Assembly (NCBI GenBank): GCA_027459625.1
Contig: DAIDHP010000007.1
Span: forward strand, 38,220-102,219
Direction of reading: 5' to 3'
Source of the DNA: Chthonomonadales bacterium
Lineage (GTDB): Bacteria > Armatimonadota > Chthonomonadetes > Chthonomonadales > CAJBBX01
Length of the DNA stretch: 64,000 nucleotides
Positions 37,381-46,188 of the stretch are shown piece by piece (the stretch's first letter is position 1; every line of letters begins with the position of its first letter). Below the pieces are notes generated by a model. That model did no database searches. It was given only the letters and a program-made list of their open reading frames with translations, and was not told the origin of the DNA. A program made the position numbers and the translations under genes.

Positions 37381-37888
37381 CGCTCCACTCGCTTTTCAAT
37401 TTCGCCAGCAACTCCCTATATTTGGGGCTTCTCATCTCATCCACCCACATCACGATGGCGTTTTCGTAATTATCCGTGTAATAGGATTTTCGCACCGCCG
37501 CCTCCCGAAAGCCGAACTTTCGATAAAGGTTTTGAGCCCCTCGATTATGTTCTCGCACCTCAAGACTTGCGCGGCTGGCTCCGGTGCGGATCGCCTCCTG
37601 AAGGAGCGAGAAGAAGATGCGCTCGCCAATGTGCCTTCGACGATAATCGGGGTCAACGGCGATCGTGGTGATATGCGCCTCGTCCATCACCACCCACATT
37701 CCTCCGTATCCGACCACGTTATCCTGCTTGCGAGCAACCAAGTAGGTGGCGGATCGGTTGGATATCTCCGTTCGATATGCGTTTTCATGCCAGGGAGTGG
37801 AGTAGCAACGGCGTTCAATCGCCATAACGGCGTGTATGTCCGCCTCTATCATCGGCTCTATGGAGATGGTTTCTATGGAAATCGCCAT
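37367..37888 (-). CDS. rimI: ribosomal-protein-alanine N-acetyltransferase (GNAT)
   Basis: 173-aa GNAT fold (ITTIAVDPDYRRRHIGERIF). It overlaps tsaD by 14 nt, and rimI-tsaD linkage is common. Confidence 0.8.
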   Translation of the reverse strand: MAISIETISIEPMIEADIHAVMAIERRCYSTPWHENAYRTEISNRSATYLVARKQDNVVGYGGMWVVMDEAHITTIAVDPDYRRRHIGERIFFSLLQEAIRTGASRASLEVREHNRGAQNLYRKFGFREAAVRKSYYTDNYENAIVMWVDEMRSPKYRELLAKLKSEWSVDPF

Positions 37889-38091
37889 GGATGGGAATCA
37901 TTCTTCGTCAAGGGAATGGCAAAAAAACCTCGTCTCGGAGGAGATAATCACAAGCGGTTCAATGAAACATACGCTTTGCACTCCCTGATAATAATGAATA
38001 GGATATCATATGTTGCAACCGATGTCAAATATATCTCGCCAAAAACGAATCGAATGCCATATCCCTCACCGATTTCAAGTATGGATTACAT

Positions 38092-38119
38092 AAAAAATCC
38101 CGAGAGGTTGGCTCTCGGG
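38092..38119 (-). terminator. rho-independent terminator
   Basis: Minus strand: CCCGAGAG-CCAAC-CTCTCGGG followed by ATTTTTTAT. It lies about 40 nt after the stop at 38159. Confidence 0.7.
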
Positions 38120-38158
38120 ATGGAATGGATTCACTTCAATAAATATCAACGAAAAGAA

Positions 38159-38458
38159 TTAAGGCAGCGAAGCGGGATTGGTGCGTTGGGGAGGCATGGG
38201 GGGCGCCCCGGGCATGCCCGCAGGAACCTGACCTTTTTTCAGAGCTTCGTTATATATTTTTTGCTCTTCGGGCGTCATTTTGCTGATGTCACCGTGAGTG
38301 CGCTGCAGAATGGCGGTTACGGAGGCGCTCAATGAACCGTTAGCGCTTCCGGATGACTGGGATTTGGAGCATCCACCGAGAGCCAAGGAAATGATGGATA
38401 TGAAAAACACCGCAACCACGCCTGCGATAATCATTGGACTAGACAGGTTTTTTATCAT
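38159..38458 (-). CDS. small lipoprotein, unknown function
   Basis: Start placed at ATG 38458 (GGGAGGG SD 8 nt upstream). It has a signal peptide with lipobox LALGGC and a Pro-rich C-terminus. Confidence 0.6.
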   Translation of the reverse strand: MIKNLSSPMIIAGVVAVFFISIISLALGGCSKSQSSGSANGSLSASVTAILQRTHGDISKMTPEEQKIYNEALKKGQVPAGMPGAPPMPPQRTNPASLP

Positions 38459-38614
38459 CGGATAGTCCCTCCCTTTCGGATATTCAATTTGATTTAATCT
38501 CTTCCGCGATTGAATAGCCAAGCCTGTTCCGGGTGAGAAATATCTCAATCAAGCCCGTATTCCGTAAAATGTTCGGTGCATTCATCGCGCTATGACGCTT
38601 TCACGGATCATTTA

Positions 38615-39346
38615 TCATTCGCAAGTGTTCGGCATGGGATTCCCCCAGGCATCCACTTTGGGAGCGGGGATTCCCGGTAATGGCGCTCCGAAATCCGCAG
38701 TGGTGAGGCTATTGTAATTCATCCATTTGGCGTGGCCGTCCACAAATGCGCAGTTTAATCCTCCATCATGCGGGGCGCAGAGCCTCGGCCAGAGCGATGA
38801 CGCGCCATTTTGATCGCCCCAATCCCACAGCCACACGTTTGACGCCTCTGCGATAATGATTGTGCCAGCGGGCCCTTTGGAGTTTTCCCCAACCATATCC
38901 AACAATGGAATTGGGCTGGTATTGGTGCAGAAATAGTTGTAGAGGTTGCCGTTCATCGGATTCCAGACCAACTGGCCGTAATCGGTGAGACTTGGCTGGT
39001 CCGGGCAGCGATAGATTTGGCTGTTTTTGATATACGGGTAGTAGAGACTTAGCGCTTGCCAACTTCCTTCGCCCTGCTGTGGCGGAACCTCTGGGGCTTG
39101 GCTTGGGCAAAACCAGGTCGACACTCCTCCTGCGCGCTCGTCATAATCCTCGGAGTACATGCGCATACCAAGGCCAATCTGTTTCATGTTGCTGAGGCAG
39201 GAGATGGCGCGAGCTTTTTCCCGCGCCTGAGCGAAAACAGGGAAGAGAATCGCCGCCAATATGGCAATAATTGCTATAACTACTAGCAACTCGATTAACG
39301 TAAACCCTCTTCTCACCTTTCGGACTGAGCATAATCCTTCATTCAT
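38615..39346 (-). CDS. prepilin-type N-terminal cleavage/methylation domain protein, DUF1559 family
   Basis: Contains [42 protein letters not shown] and a C-terminal VDGHAKW. Start placed at ATG 39346 (AAGGAG SD); the track ORF extends to 39451. Confidence 0.85.
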   Translation of the reverse strand: MNEGLCSVRKVRRGFTLIELLVVIAIIAILAAILFPVFAQAREKARAISCLSNMKQIGLGMRMYSEDYDERAGGVSTWFCPSQAPEVPPQQGEGSWQALSLYYPYIKNSQIYRCPDQPSLTDYGQLVWNPMNGNLYNYFCTNTSPIPLLDMVGENSKGPAGTIIIAEASNVWLWDWGDQNGASSLWPRLCAPHDGGLNCAFVDGHAKWMNYNSLTTADFGAPLPGIPAPKVDAWGNPMPNTCE

Positions 39347-39516
39347 GATCCTAACTCCTTTCCGACAAATATCACAGGGATTACATTTGCGTAAGGTGGC
39401 GATGAATGCACGAACATATGATATTATATAGAACACAACTAATCTTGTCAAGGAAACACGTTACTCTCCTATCTCTTCGCAAGATTATCATTCTCCTTGT
39501 CATTCTGGAGTGAAAT

Positions 39517-41997
39517 ATGAACGGAAGATGTTTGTTGGTTTTTGAGATTTACCTTTGCGCATTGGCGTTGTTATTCTGCATCGGAAATGATTCCGCAGCC
39601 ATGACCTTACGAGTTGTGAAAACTGCGACAGTCTCCAAGTCCTCCGGATTTTACGATCCCAATCGGGCTCCATTGGAGCCGACCGCGTTTATGAGGCTTC
39701 CTGTTGGGAGCATCAAGCCGGAGGGGTGGCTGCGAAATCAATTGGAGTTGGATGCGAACGGCATTCCCGGCAGGTATGATGAGGTGTCGGATTACATCGA
39801 TAATTACACCATGAACGGGTGGGTCAATCCCAGCCAATGGGGATGGGAGGAGCTTCCCTATTGGTTGAGAGGGTATGGTGACTTGGGATACGTTCTTGGG
39901 GATCAAAGGATCATCCAAAACGCGAAGAGATGGGTGGATGGGATAATTGCGACGCAACAACCCGACGGTTATTTCGGCCCGACGAAGTTAAAGACCTCTC
40001 TTAATGGCGACCCGGATTTGTGGCCCCAAATGCTCGTACTTAACGTAATGCGATCCTGGTACGAGTATAGCGGGGATAAGCGCGTCATCCCGTTTCTAAC
40101 CAGATATTTTCAATATGAGAATACGCTTCGTCCCGAGGTGTTTTCGAAGGGTTGGGGCGCGGTGCGATGGGGCGACAATCTAGATGTCATGTACTGGCTA
40201 TATAATCGCACTGGTTATCCTTGGCTCCTGGATCTTGGTAAAAAGATTCAGGATAACTCCGCCAATTACACCACGGACATCCCCAGTTGGCACAATGTGA
40301 ATCTATCTCAAGGAATAAGAGAGCCTGCGGAGTACTGGATGCAGGGAAAAAATCCGCTGTATCTAAACGCTACAGAGAATGATTACGATCGCATCATGCA
40401 ACTCTACGGTCAATTTTCCGGCGGGGGATTTGCCGGTGATGAGAACTGCCGTCCGGGATACAATGATCCAAGGCAGGGGCTGGAGACCTGCGGTTTCGCG
40501 GAACTTATGCATTCATTCGAAATCATGACGCATATCTCCGGAAACCCGATCTGGGCGGATCGCTGCGAGGATATCGCCTTTAACTCCCTGCCTGCCACGG
40601 AGTCGCCCGATCATCGCGGGGTGCACTATATCACTCCCGCCAACATCATTGAGATAGACTCAAAGGGCAAGATGCATAACCAGTTCGCAAACGGCTCCAT
40701 GCCGATGCTTGCCTATGAGCCCGGGGTTCATTCCTATCGTTGCTGCCCGCACAACGTGGGGATGGCATGGCCCTATTTTGCGGAGAACCTGTGGCTCGCC
40801 ACCGCTGACAGAGGGTTGTGCGCCTCCATGTACTCCGCCTCCGTGGTGACCGCGAAGGTGGGTGAGGGAACGGATGTGAAGATCATCGAGGAGACGGAAT
40901 ATCCCTTCAATGATGGAATTCGTTTCAAAATCGTGTCGTCTCGCCCTGTGTCGTTTCCGCTCTATCTGAGAATCCCTGGATGGTGCAAGAACGCCACGAT
41001 AACGGTTAACGGAAAAAGAGTGAAATCCAATCCGCCTCCGCTTTCCTACGCGATTCTCGACAATACCTGGAAAAACGGGGATGTGGTGGATTTGAAACTG
41101 CCAATGCGGGTATGGGTCAAAAAATGGAAGCTGAATAAGAATTCAGAGTCCGTGAATTATGGTCCGCTTTCATTCTCGTTGGATATCAAGGAAAAATGGG
41201 TGAAGGCGGGGGGATCGGACACGTGGCCGATCTGGGATGTTTATCCCAAAACTTCGTGGAATTACGGACTGAATTTGAACCCCAAAAACCCCGCGAAGGG
41301 CATAAAAGTGATTGATGCGAAAGGGAGTTTGGCTGCTCAGCCATTCACTCCCGACACCGTTCCAATCAAATTGATCGCACCCGCAAGGCTAATTCCTAAT
41401 TGGAAAGCGGATAGCGATGATGTAATTACCACATTGCAGCAAAGCCCAATCCGCTCAACGGAGCCGATTCAAATGGTGACACTCATACCGATGGGAGCCG
41501 CGAGACTGCGAATCACCTCCTTTCCGCAGGTGACGGATTCCCCGGACGCCAATGTGTGGCAAACCGTCCCACCGGAACCGAATGTGGTTTTTTCACATGC
41601 GAATGGCGGCGAAAACCCTTACGCGATCGTGCAGCCAGGTCCGAATCCGTCGAAATCGTATGATCCGACGCTACCCAGATGCACTTGGTGGAATCATATG
41701 GGCACGCAGGAATGGGCGCAGTGGACGTTCGAAAAGCCGCTAATGGTGAAATCCGTTGCGGTGTATTGGTACGACGATACCGGTCATGGGGGATGCAGAG
41801 TCCCGAAATCCTGGGAACTGCAATATAAGGACGGAAGCGAATGGAGATCTGTGGAAAATTCAACCGGTTTCGGTGTCGCTTTGAACCGGTACAATCGTGT
41901 CACTTTCAGTCCTGTGAAAACATCCGCCTTGCGAATTGTGGTCCAGTTGCAAACTGGTTTTTCCGGTGGATTATTGCGTTGGAAAGTAAACGAATAA
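39517..41997 (+). CDS. GH127/DUF1680-like glycoside hydrolase with C-terminal F5/8 type C (discoidin) domain
   Basis: 826 aa with a signal peptide. ETCGF and RCCPHN match the Glu/Cys and Cys-Cys zinc/catalytic site pattern of HypBA1-type beta-L-arabinofuranosidases. The C-terminal ~130 aa are discoidin-like. Confidence 0.7.
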   Translation: MNGRCLLVFEIYLCALALLFCIGNDSAAMTLRVVKTATVSKSSGFYDPNRAPLEPTAFMRLPVGSIKPEGWLRNQLELDANGIPGRYDEVSDYIDNYTMNGWVNPSQWGWEELPYWLRGYGDLGYVLGDQRIIQNAKRWVDGIIATQQPDGYFGPTKLKTSLNGDPDLWPQMLVLNVMRSWYEYSGDKRVIPFLTRYFQYENTLRPEVFSKGWGAVRWGDNLDVMYWLYNRTGYPWLLDLGKKIQDNSANYTTDIPSWHNVNLSQGIREPAEYWMQGKNPLYLNATENDYDRIMQLYGQFSGGGFAGDENCRPGYNDPRQGLETCGFAELMHSFEIMTHISGNPIWADRCEDIAFNSLPATESPDHRGVHYITPANIIEIDSKGKMHNQFANGSMPMLAYEPGVHSYRCCPHNVGMAWPYFAENLWLATADRGLCASMYSASVVTAKVGEGTDVKIIEETEYPFNDGIRFKIVSSRPVSFPLYLRIPGWCKNATITVNGKRVKSNPPPLSYAILDNTWKNGDVVDLKLPMRVWVKKWKLNKNSESVNYGPLSFSLDIKEKWVKAGGSDTWPIWDVYPKTSWNYGLNLNPKNPAKGIKVIDAKGSLAAQPFTPDTVPIKLIAPARLIPNWKADSDDVITTLQQSPIRSTEPIQMVTLIPMGAARLRITSFPQVTDSPDANVWQTVPPEPNVVFSHANGGENPYAIVQPGPNPSKSYDPTLPRCTWWNHMGTQEWAQWTFEKPLMVKSVAVYWYDDTGHGGCRVPKSWELQYKDGSEWRSVENSTGFGVALNRYNRVTFSPVKTSALRIVVQLQTGFSGGLLRWKVNE

Positions 41998-42114
41998 TGA
42001 CCAGTTTCGTGCGTGAGGCGAGGAGAGATATCTCTTCGCCTCACGCTTTATATGAGGATGACTGCGAGTACATGGTTGCTTCCTCGATATGCGTCACGTT
42101 TTGCAAAAGAAAAG

Positions 42115-44397
42115 ATGAGTAAGAGTGCGAATATGAAATCGTTCGGACGTCATGTCGGTATCATGATCCTATGCCTCTTCTGTCTATTGGGGAAATCATC
42201 TCTCTCCTATTCCAAGCCGGTAAACGTCATCGTGGATACCGATATCGGTCCGGATTGCGATGATGTCACCGCAATATGCGTGTTGAACGCACTGCAAAAT
42301 CAGGGGAGGGCGAATATCCTTGCCGCGATGTGTTGCACCTCCTGTCCTTGGGGGGCTCCCTGCATTGACGTTCTTGACACCTACTACGGTCATCCCAATA
42401 TCCCCGTCGGCACATTGAAGGATGCCGGCTTTCTCGCGGATCCAACATACAACAAAGGGGTGGCTTTGAACTTTCCTCATAGACTAAAGAGCGGTTTGGA
42501 CGCACCCGACGCCACATTACTCTATCGTGAGGTTTTGTCAAAACAACCGGATCATAGCGTTGTCGTTATTTCCATTGGACCGCTTAGAAACCTGCGTCAT
42601 CTTCTGCAATCCTCGCCCGACCGCTATAGTCCGCTCAGCGGGGAGGAGTTGGTGGCCAAAAAGGTGAGGTTGCTGGCATGCATGGGGGGAAGGTATCCGG
42701 AAGGAGGGGAATGGAATTTCCAGGAGGATGGCATTTCGGCGCATTATGTCATGGCGCATTGGCATACGCCCATGCAATTCGATGGGTATGAGATTGGCGA
42801 TGTGATATATACAGGTATGAGGATATTCGAGAATACCCCCTTGTACAATCCGTTTTGCATGGCATTTGCGAATTACCCCGGAGCCGGGTTTGACAAGGAT
42901 CGTTCCAGTTGGGATCCATCCAATGCTCTTGCGGCGGTTTTAGGGGTGGCTCCTTTATGGGGGCGGTTTGATACTGGCTATAATGACGTGGCGCTGGATG
43001 GATCAGATCATTGGGTGCGGGATGGAATGGATCATCATCAAAGTTATCTTGTGAAGAGGATGGATGATAAAGCGGTTTCCGATGCGATCGAAAACGTCAT
43101 CATTCATACTCTTCCCGGCCCTTATGATATCGACTTTAATACCACCTACTATAGTAAGGATGGCATGGGCGATGTATTCGCGAGCGTTAACGATAACCAA
43201 GCCGCTTTGGCGTTCGACCGCAATCCTTCAACCGCATGGAGCGATCCTTACGGGTCCGGATGGATTGAGTATCAATACCCGGACGGAAGATGCTATGTGA
43301 TATCCTCCTATTCGATCTCTCCTCCTAAGGGATATCCAAACGAAGCACCTAATTCGTGGTCCTTATACGGTTCCAACGATAACGGCAAGCATTGGACCAT
43401 CCTCGATATTCAAAAGAATCAGGATTACAATATCGAAAGCGAACCAAAGCGATACCCCATACGGAAGCTTCAGATGTTTAATCTTTTGCGCCTGCAATTC
43501 AATTCTCATCATCTCATCCGTGTGGCAGAGATCGGATTTTGGGAGCATGTGGCGGCGAAATCGAGAGAACGTGTTCGCTCTTTGCTCCTGGACAGGCGAT
43601 TCGTAAGCCTGAGTGAATATGGTCGTGAGGCGCTGAATGTAACTCCAAACCCTTCGGATGTCTTGGATAAGCGATTGATCTGGACAACATCCAATCCGAA
43701 AGTTGCACAGGTGAGTTCCATTGGCGAGCACACGGCGATTGTCACCGGTAAGAGGGCGGGAAGATGCACCATAACAGCGATGTCATTTGATGGAGCCTGC
43801 AAGGCTGTGAGCCATGTGAAAGTGGAGCCATCCGATTTGCCTAATCAATGGGGCTTCAATGATGTAAATTCTCCGCATGTACCTGGAAGTTGCTCTCTTA
43901 CGAATGGGGTGTACGCGATTCGCGGGGGCGGCACTGAGATCGGAACCTGGCAGTATCGGGTGGTGGACCAGTTCGGATTTCTCCATCATCCCTCCACGGG
44001 TGATGCGACAATCTCATGCAGATTACTTTCACAAACCGTTCCCGGAAACGAAGCCGAGGCTGGACTAATGTTTCGGGATAATACAGGTGGCTTAGCCAGG
44101 TTTGTCGCTCTCGTGGTGGATGCAAGGCATCAACTCATCCTGAAATGGCGTGATCAACCGGATGGGGATTGCAATTCGCTTAAACTCGGCACGGCAAGCC
44201 TGCCATTATTTCTCAAGCTGGAAAGAACAGGTGACACATTCACCGCTTATACATCCGAAGATGGATTACACTGGTCGAGTTCATTGGCAAGTCATACGGG
44301 GAGTTATCTCGATAGAATGGAGATGGGCGTATGCGTATGCGCAGGCAACAACATGACAACCAGTCTGGTTAAATGCGATAAACTCACCATACACTAA
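42115..44397 (+). CDS. secreted multidomain protein: nucleoside-hydrolase-fold (IUNH-like) + F5/8 type C + Big_2 + concanavalin/LamG-like
   Basis: Signal peptide (GIMILCLFCLLGKSSLSYS) followed by VIVDTDIGPDCDDVTAI, the DxDxxxDD motif of the IUNH family. A central discoidin-like block (NPSTAWSD...WSLYGSNDNGKHW), an Ig-like Big_2 block (LIWTTSNPKVAQV...TGKRAGRCTITA) and a C-terminal jelly-roll follow. The start is 42115 or 42133. Confidence 0.6.
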   Translation: MSKSANMKSFGRHVGIMILCLFCLLGKSSLSYSKPVNVIVDTDIGPDCDDVTAICVLNALQNQGRANILAAMCCTSCPWGAPCIDVLDTYYGHPNIPVGTLKDAGFLADPTYNKGVALNFPHRLKSGLDAPDATLLYREVLSKQPDHSVVVISIGPLRNLRHLLQSSPDRYSPLSGEELVAKKVRLLACMGGRYPEGGEWNFQEDGISAHYVMAHWHTPMQFDGYEIGDVIYTGMRIFENTPLYNPFCMAFANYPGAGFDKDRSSWDPSNALAAVLGVAPLWGRFDTGYNDVALDGSDHWVRDGMDHHQSYLVKRMDDKAVSDAIENVIIHTLPGPYDIDFNTTYYSKDGMGDVFASVNDNQAALAFDRNPSTAWSDPYGSGWIEYQYPDGRCYVISSYSISPPKGYPNEAPNSWSLYGSNDNGKHWTILDIQKNQDYNIESEPKRYPIRKLQMFNLLRLQFNSHHLIRVAEIGFWEHVAAKSRERVRSLLLDRRFVSLSEYGREALNVTPNPSDVLDKRLIWTTSNPKVAQVSSIGEHTAIVTGKRAGRCTITAMSFDGACKAVSHVKVEPSDLPNQWGFNDVNSPHVPGSCSLTNGVYAIRGGGTEIGTWQYRVVDQFGFLHHPSTGDATISCRLLSQTVPGNEAEAGLMFRDNTGGLARFVALVVDARHQLILKWRDQPDGDCNSLKLGTASLPLFLKLERTGDTFTAYTSEDGLHWSSSLASHTGSYLDRMEMGVCVCAGNNMTTSLVKCDKLTIH

Positions 44398-44457
44398 GTG
44401 ATAGGCATGAGGGAGGATGGAACGGGGCGAAATATTACTTATCATAAAAAAGTAAAG

Positions 44458-44517
44458 TACGACTATCTTAAATATGACTATACTAAGTATGACTATATCA
44501 AACAAGACTAACATAAT
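44458..44517. repeat. four direct 15-bp repeats
   Basis: TACGACTATCTTAAA / TATGACTATACTAAG / TATGACTATATCAAA / CAAGACTAACATAAT. The GACTA(T/A) cores start at 44461, 44476, 44491 and 44506, exactly 15 bp apart. Confidence 0.75.
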
Positions 44518-44553
44518 TATAAACAACCAAAGTAAAACATGTAAAAATAAAAC

Positions 44554-44582
44554 TTGCCAAATCATGATCAATCTGGTAAAAT
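44554..44582 (+). promoter_or_regulatory. candidate sigma70-type promoter of the ATPase gene
   Basis: TTGCCA (44554-44559), 17 nt, TAAAAT (44577-44582). It lies about 50 nt upstream of the start at 44630. Confidence 0.4.
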
Positions 44583-44629
44583 ACACATAATCCCTATGGG
44601 AATTCAACCTGAGAAGTGATATTTAAGGC

Positions 44630-46132
44630 GTGACGGAGATGAATACACCAAGACCCGATCCATTTTACAACCGATATAATGAGCTTGCCGCACTGGAGAG
44701 AGCCTATCGACTTCCCGGAAACGGAGGGGGGATGGTCTTGATTTACGGGCGTCGTCGTCTTGGCAAGACATACCTGTTGCAGAGGTTTCTAACCACGGGA
44801 AGCGATGACTCCAATCGTGAAAAACCGCACAGCTATTATTTGGCGGAGCAAACCAGCGCCGTGTTGCAAAGAACCTCCTTGGCGGAACAGCTTATCCAGG
44901 CTATTCCGTCAACTGGAGTGCATGTTGAGGACATCGCCGGGTCGTGGAACGCTCTTTTACGATACGTGTCGGCTTACGGGCGCACTCTGGAGCATGGAAG
45001 AGAACGCTTCGGATTGGTTCTTGATGAGTTTCCCTATCTTATGGAACGTAATCCGGAATTGCCATCCGTTTTACAGTCCTGGTGGGATAGGGAGGGGGCT
45101 CATTCCAGAGTGTTTGTGGTGTTATGCGGGTCGCAGCTATCCACCATGGCTAATCTTGGCACGGAAAGCAAGCCTCTTTACGGACGTTTTAATGCGGGAA
45201 TTCATCAATTAACGCCTTTAAGTTATCATGAAGTTGCAATGTTCTATGAATCCAGCGATTACTCCTTGAAGGAGAAGCTTATGTTATATGGAATATTGGG
45301 GGGTACTCCACGATATCACGCCTTGGTGAATTCCAAGAATCCATTCGCAGATGAGATTGTGAACCTGTTTCTGTGTCCCATGGCGGCATTGGAAAATGAA
45401 GTGGATTATCTGTTAGGCAGCGAACAGATACGCGATCCCTCCACCTATAACGCAATACTCAACATGATTGCAGGTGGGGCTACTCAATTCAACGTCATCC
45501 AACAGAAGGTGGGGTTGGAAAAGGCATCGCTTCCATTCTATCTTAAAACGCTGATCGAGTTAGGATGGATAACAAGGGAGGTGTCATTTGGAGACAAGAC
45601 TGGCAAGCGTGCTTTGTATAAGATAAATGATCCGTTTCTGTTTTTCTGGCATCGTTTTATAACACCTTTGAATAGCGTGCGCAGGTTTTCCGATCCCCGA
45701 GATCTCTACAACAGACGTGTGATGCCATATCTGGATGAATATATGGGAAGCTACATCTTTGAAGATATTTGCAAGCAATGGCTGCAATCCCATTGCACTA
45801 CGACATTGGGCATTCCATTGAAGAATCTCCAAAGATATTGGAGTCGCGATGGCAATCTTGAGATTGATCTGGTTGGAGAGATTGAAGATGGAAGCTATTT
45901 ATTCGGAGAATGCAAGTGGAGCGTTAACCATCCCGTCGGGTTGTCAGTTTACACCGATTTAAAGGCCAAAATAGCCATGCTTCCCGAAGAGCGATGGAGA
46001 AACACGCACAACTCCATCTTTTTTTCAGTCGGCGGATTCACCGATAGCCTTAGGCAGTTGGTGAAGGAGTCGGAGGAGAGAATCATTCTTGTGGATGGGG
46101 CGATGTTATTATCAGGAAAAGGGCGGGAATAA
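44630..46132 (+). CDS. AAA-type ATPase with C-terminal DUF234 / PD-(D/E)xK-like domain
   Basis: 500 aa with Walker A GRRRLGKT and Walker B LVLDEFP. The C-terminal EIDLVGE...FGECKWS resembles a restriction-endonuclease-fold motif. The start may be GTG 44630 or ATG 44639. Confidence 0.75.
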   Translation: MTEMNTPRPDPFYNRYNELAALERAYRLPGNGGGMVLIYGRRRLGKTYLLQRFLTTGSDDSNREKPHSYYLAEQTSAVLQRTSLAEQLIQAIPSTGVHVEDIAGSWNALLRYVSAYGRTLEHGRERFGLVLDEFPYLMERNPELPSVLQSWWDREGAHSRVFVVLCGSQLSTMANLGTESKPLYGRFNAGIHQLTPLSYHEVAMFYESSDYSLKEKLMLYGILGGTPRYHALVNSKNPFADEIVNLFLCPMAALENEVDYLLGSEQIRDPSTYNAILNMIAGGATQFNVIQQKVGLEKASLPFYLKTLIELGWITREVSFGDKTGKRALYKINDPFLFFWHRFITPLNSVRRFSDPRDLYNRRVMPYLDEYMGSYIFEDICKQWLQSHCTTTLGIPLKNLQRYWSRDGNLEIDLVGEIEDGSYLFGECKWSVNHPVGLSVYTDLKAKIAMLPEERWRNTHNSIFFSVGGFTDSLRQLVKESEERIILVDGAMLLSGKGRE

Positions 46133-46188
46133 TACGGAATCTTCAGGTATTCTTCCACAGAGAATGTACCATATGCGGGGAGGAAAGG

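Noticed and set aside
37286-38335. 349-aa plus-strand ORF, unusually long
   Set aside because: It runs antisense through tsaD, rimI and the lipoprotein gene, all of which have strong motifs. It has no SD, is low in complexity and shows no recognisable domain. It is a typical antisense open frame in GC-rich coding DNA.
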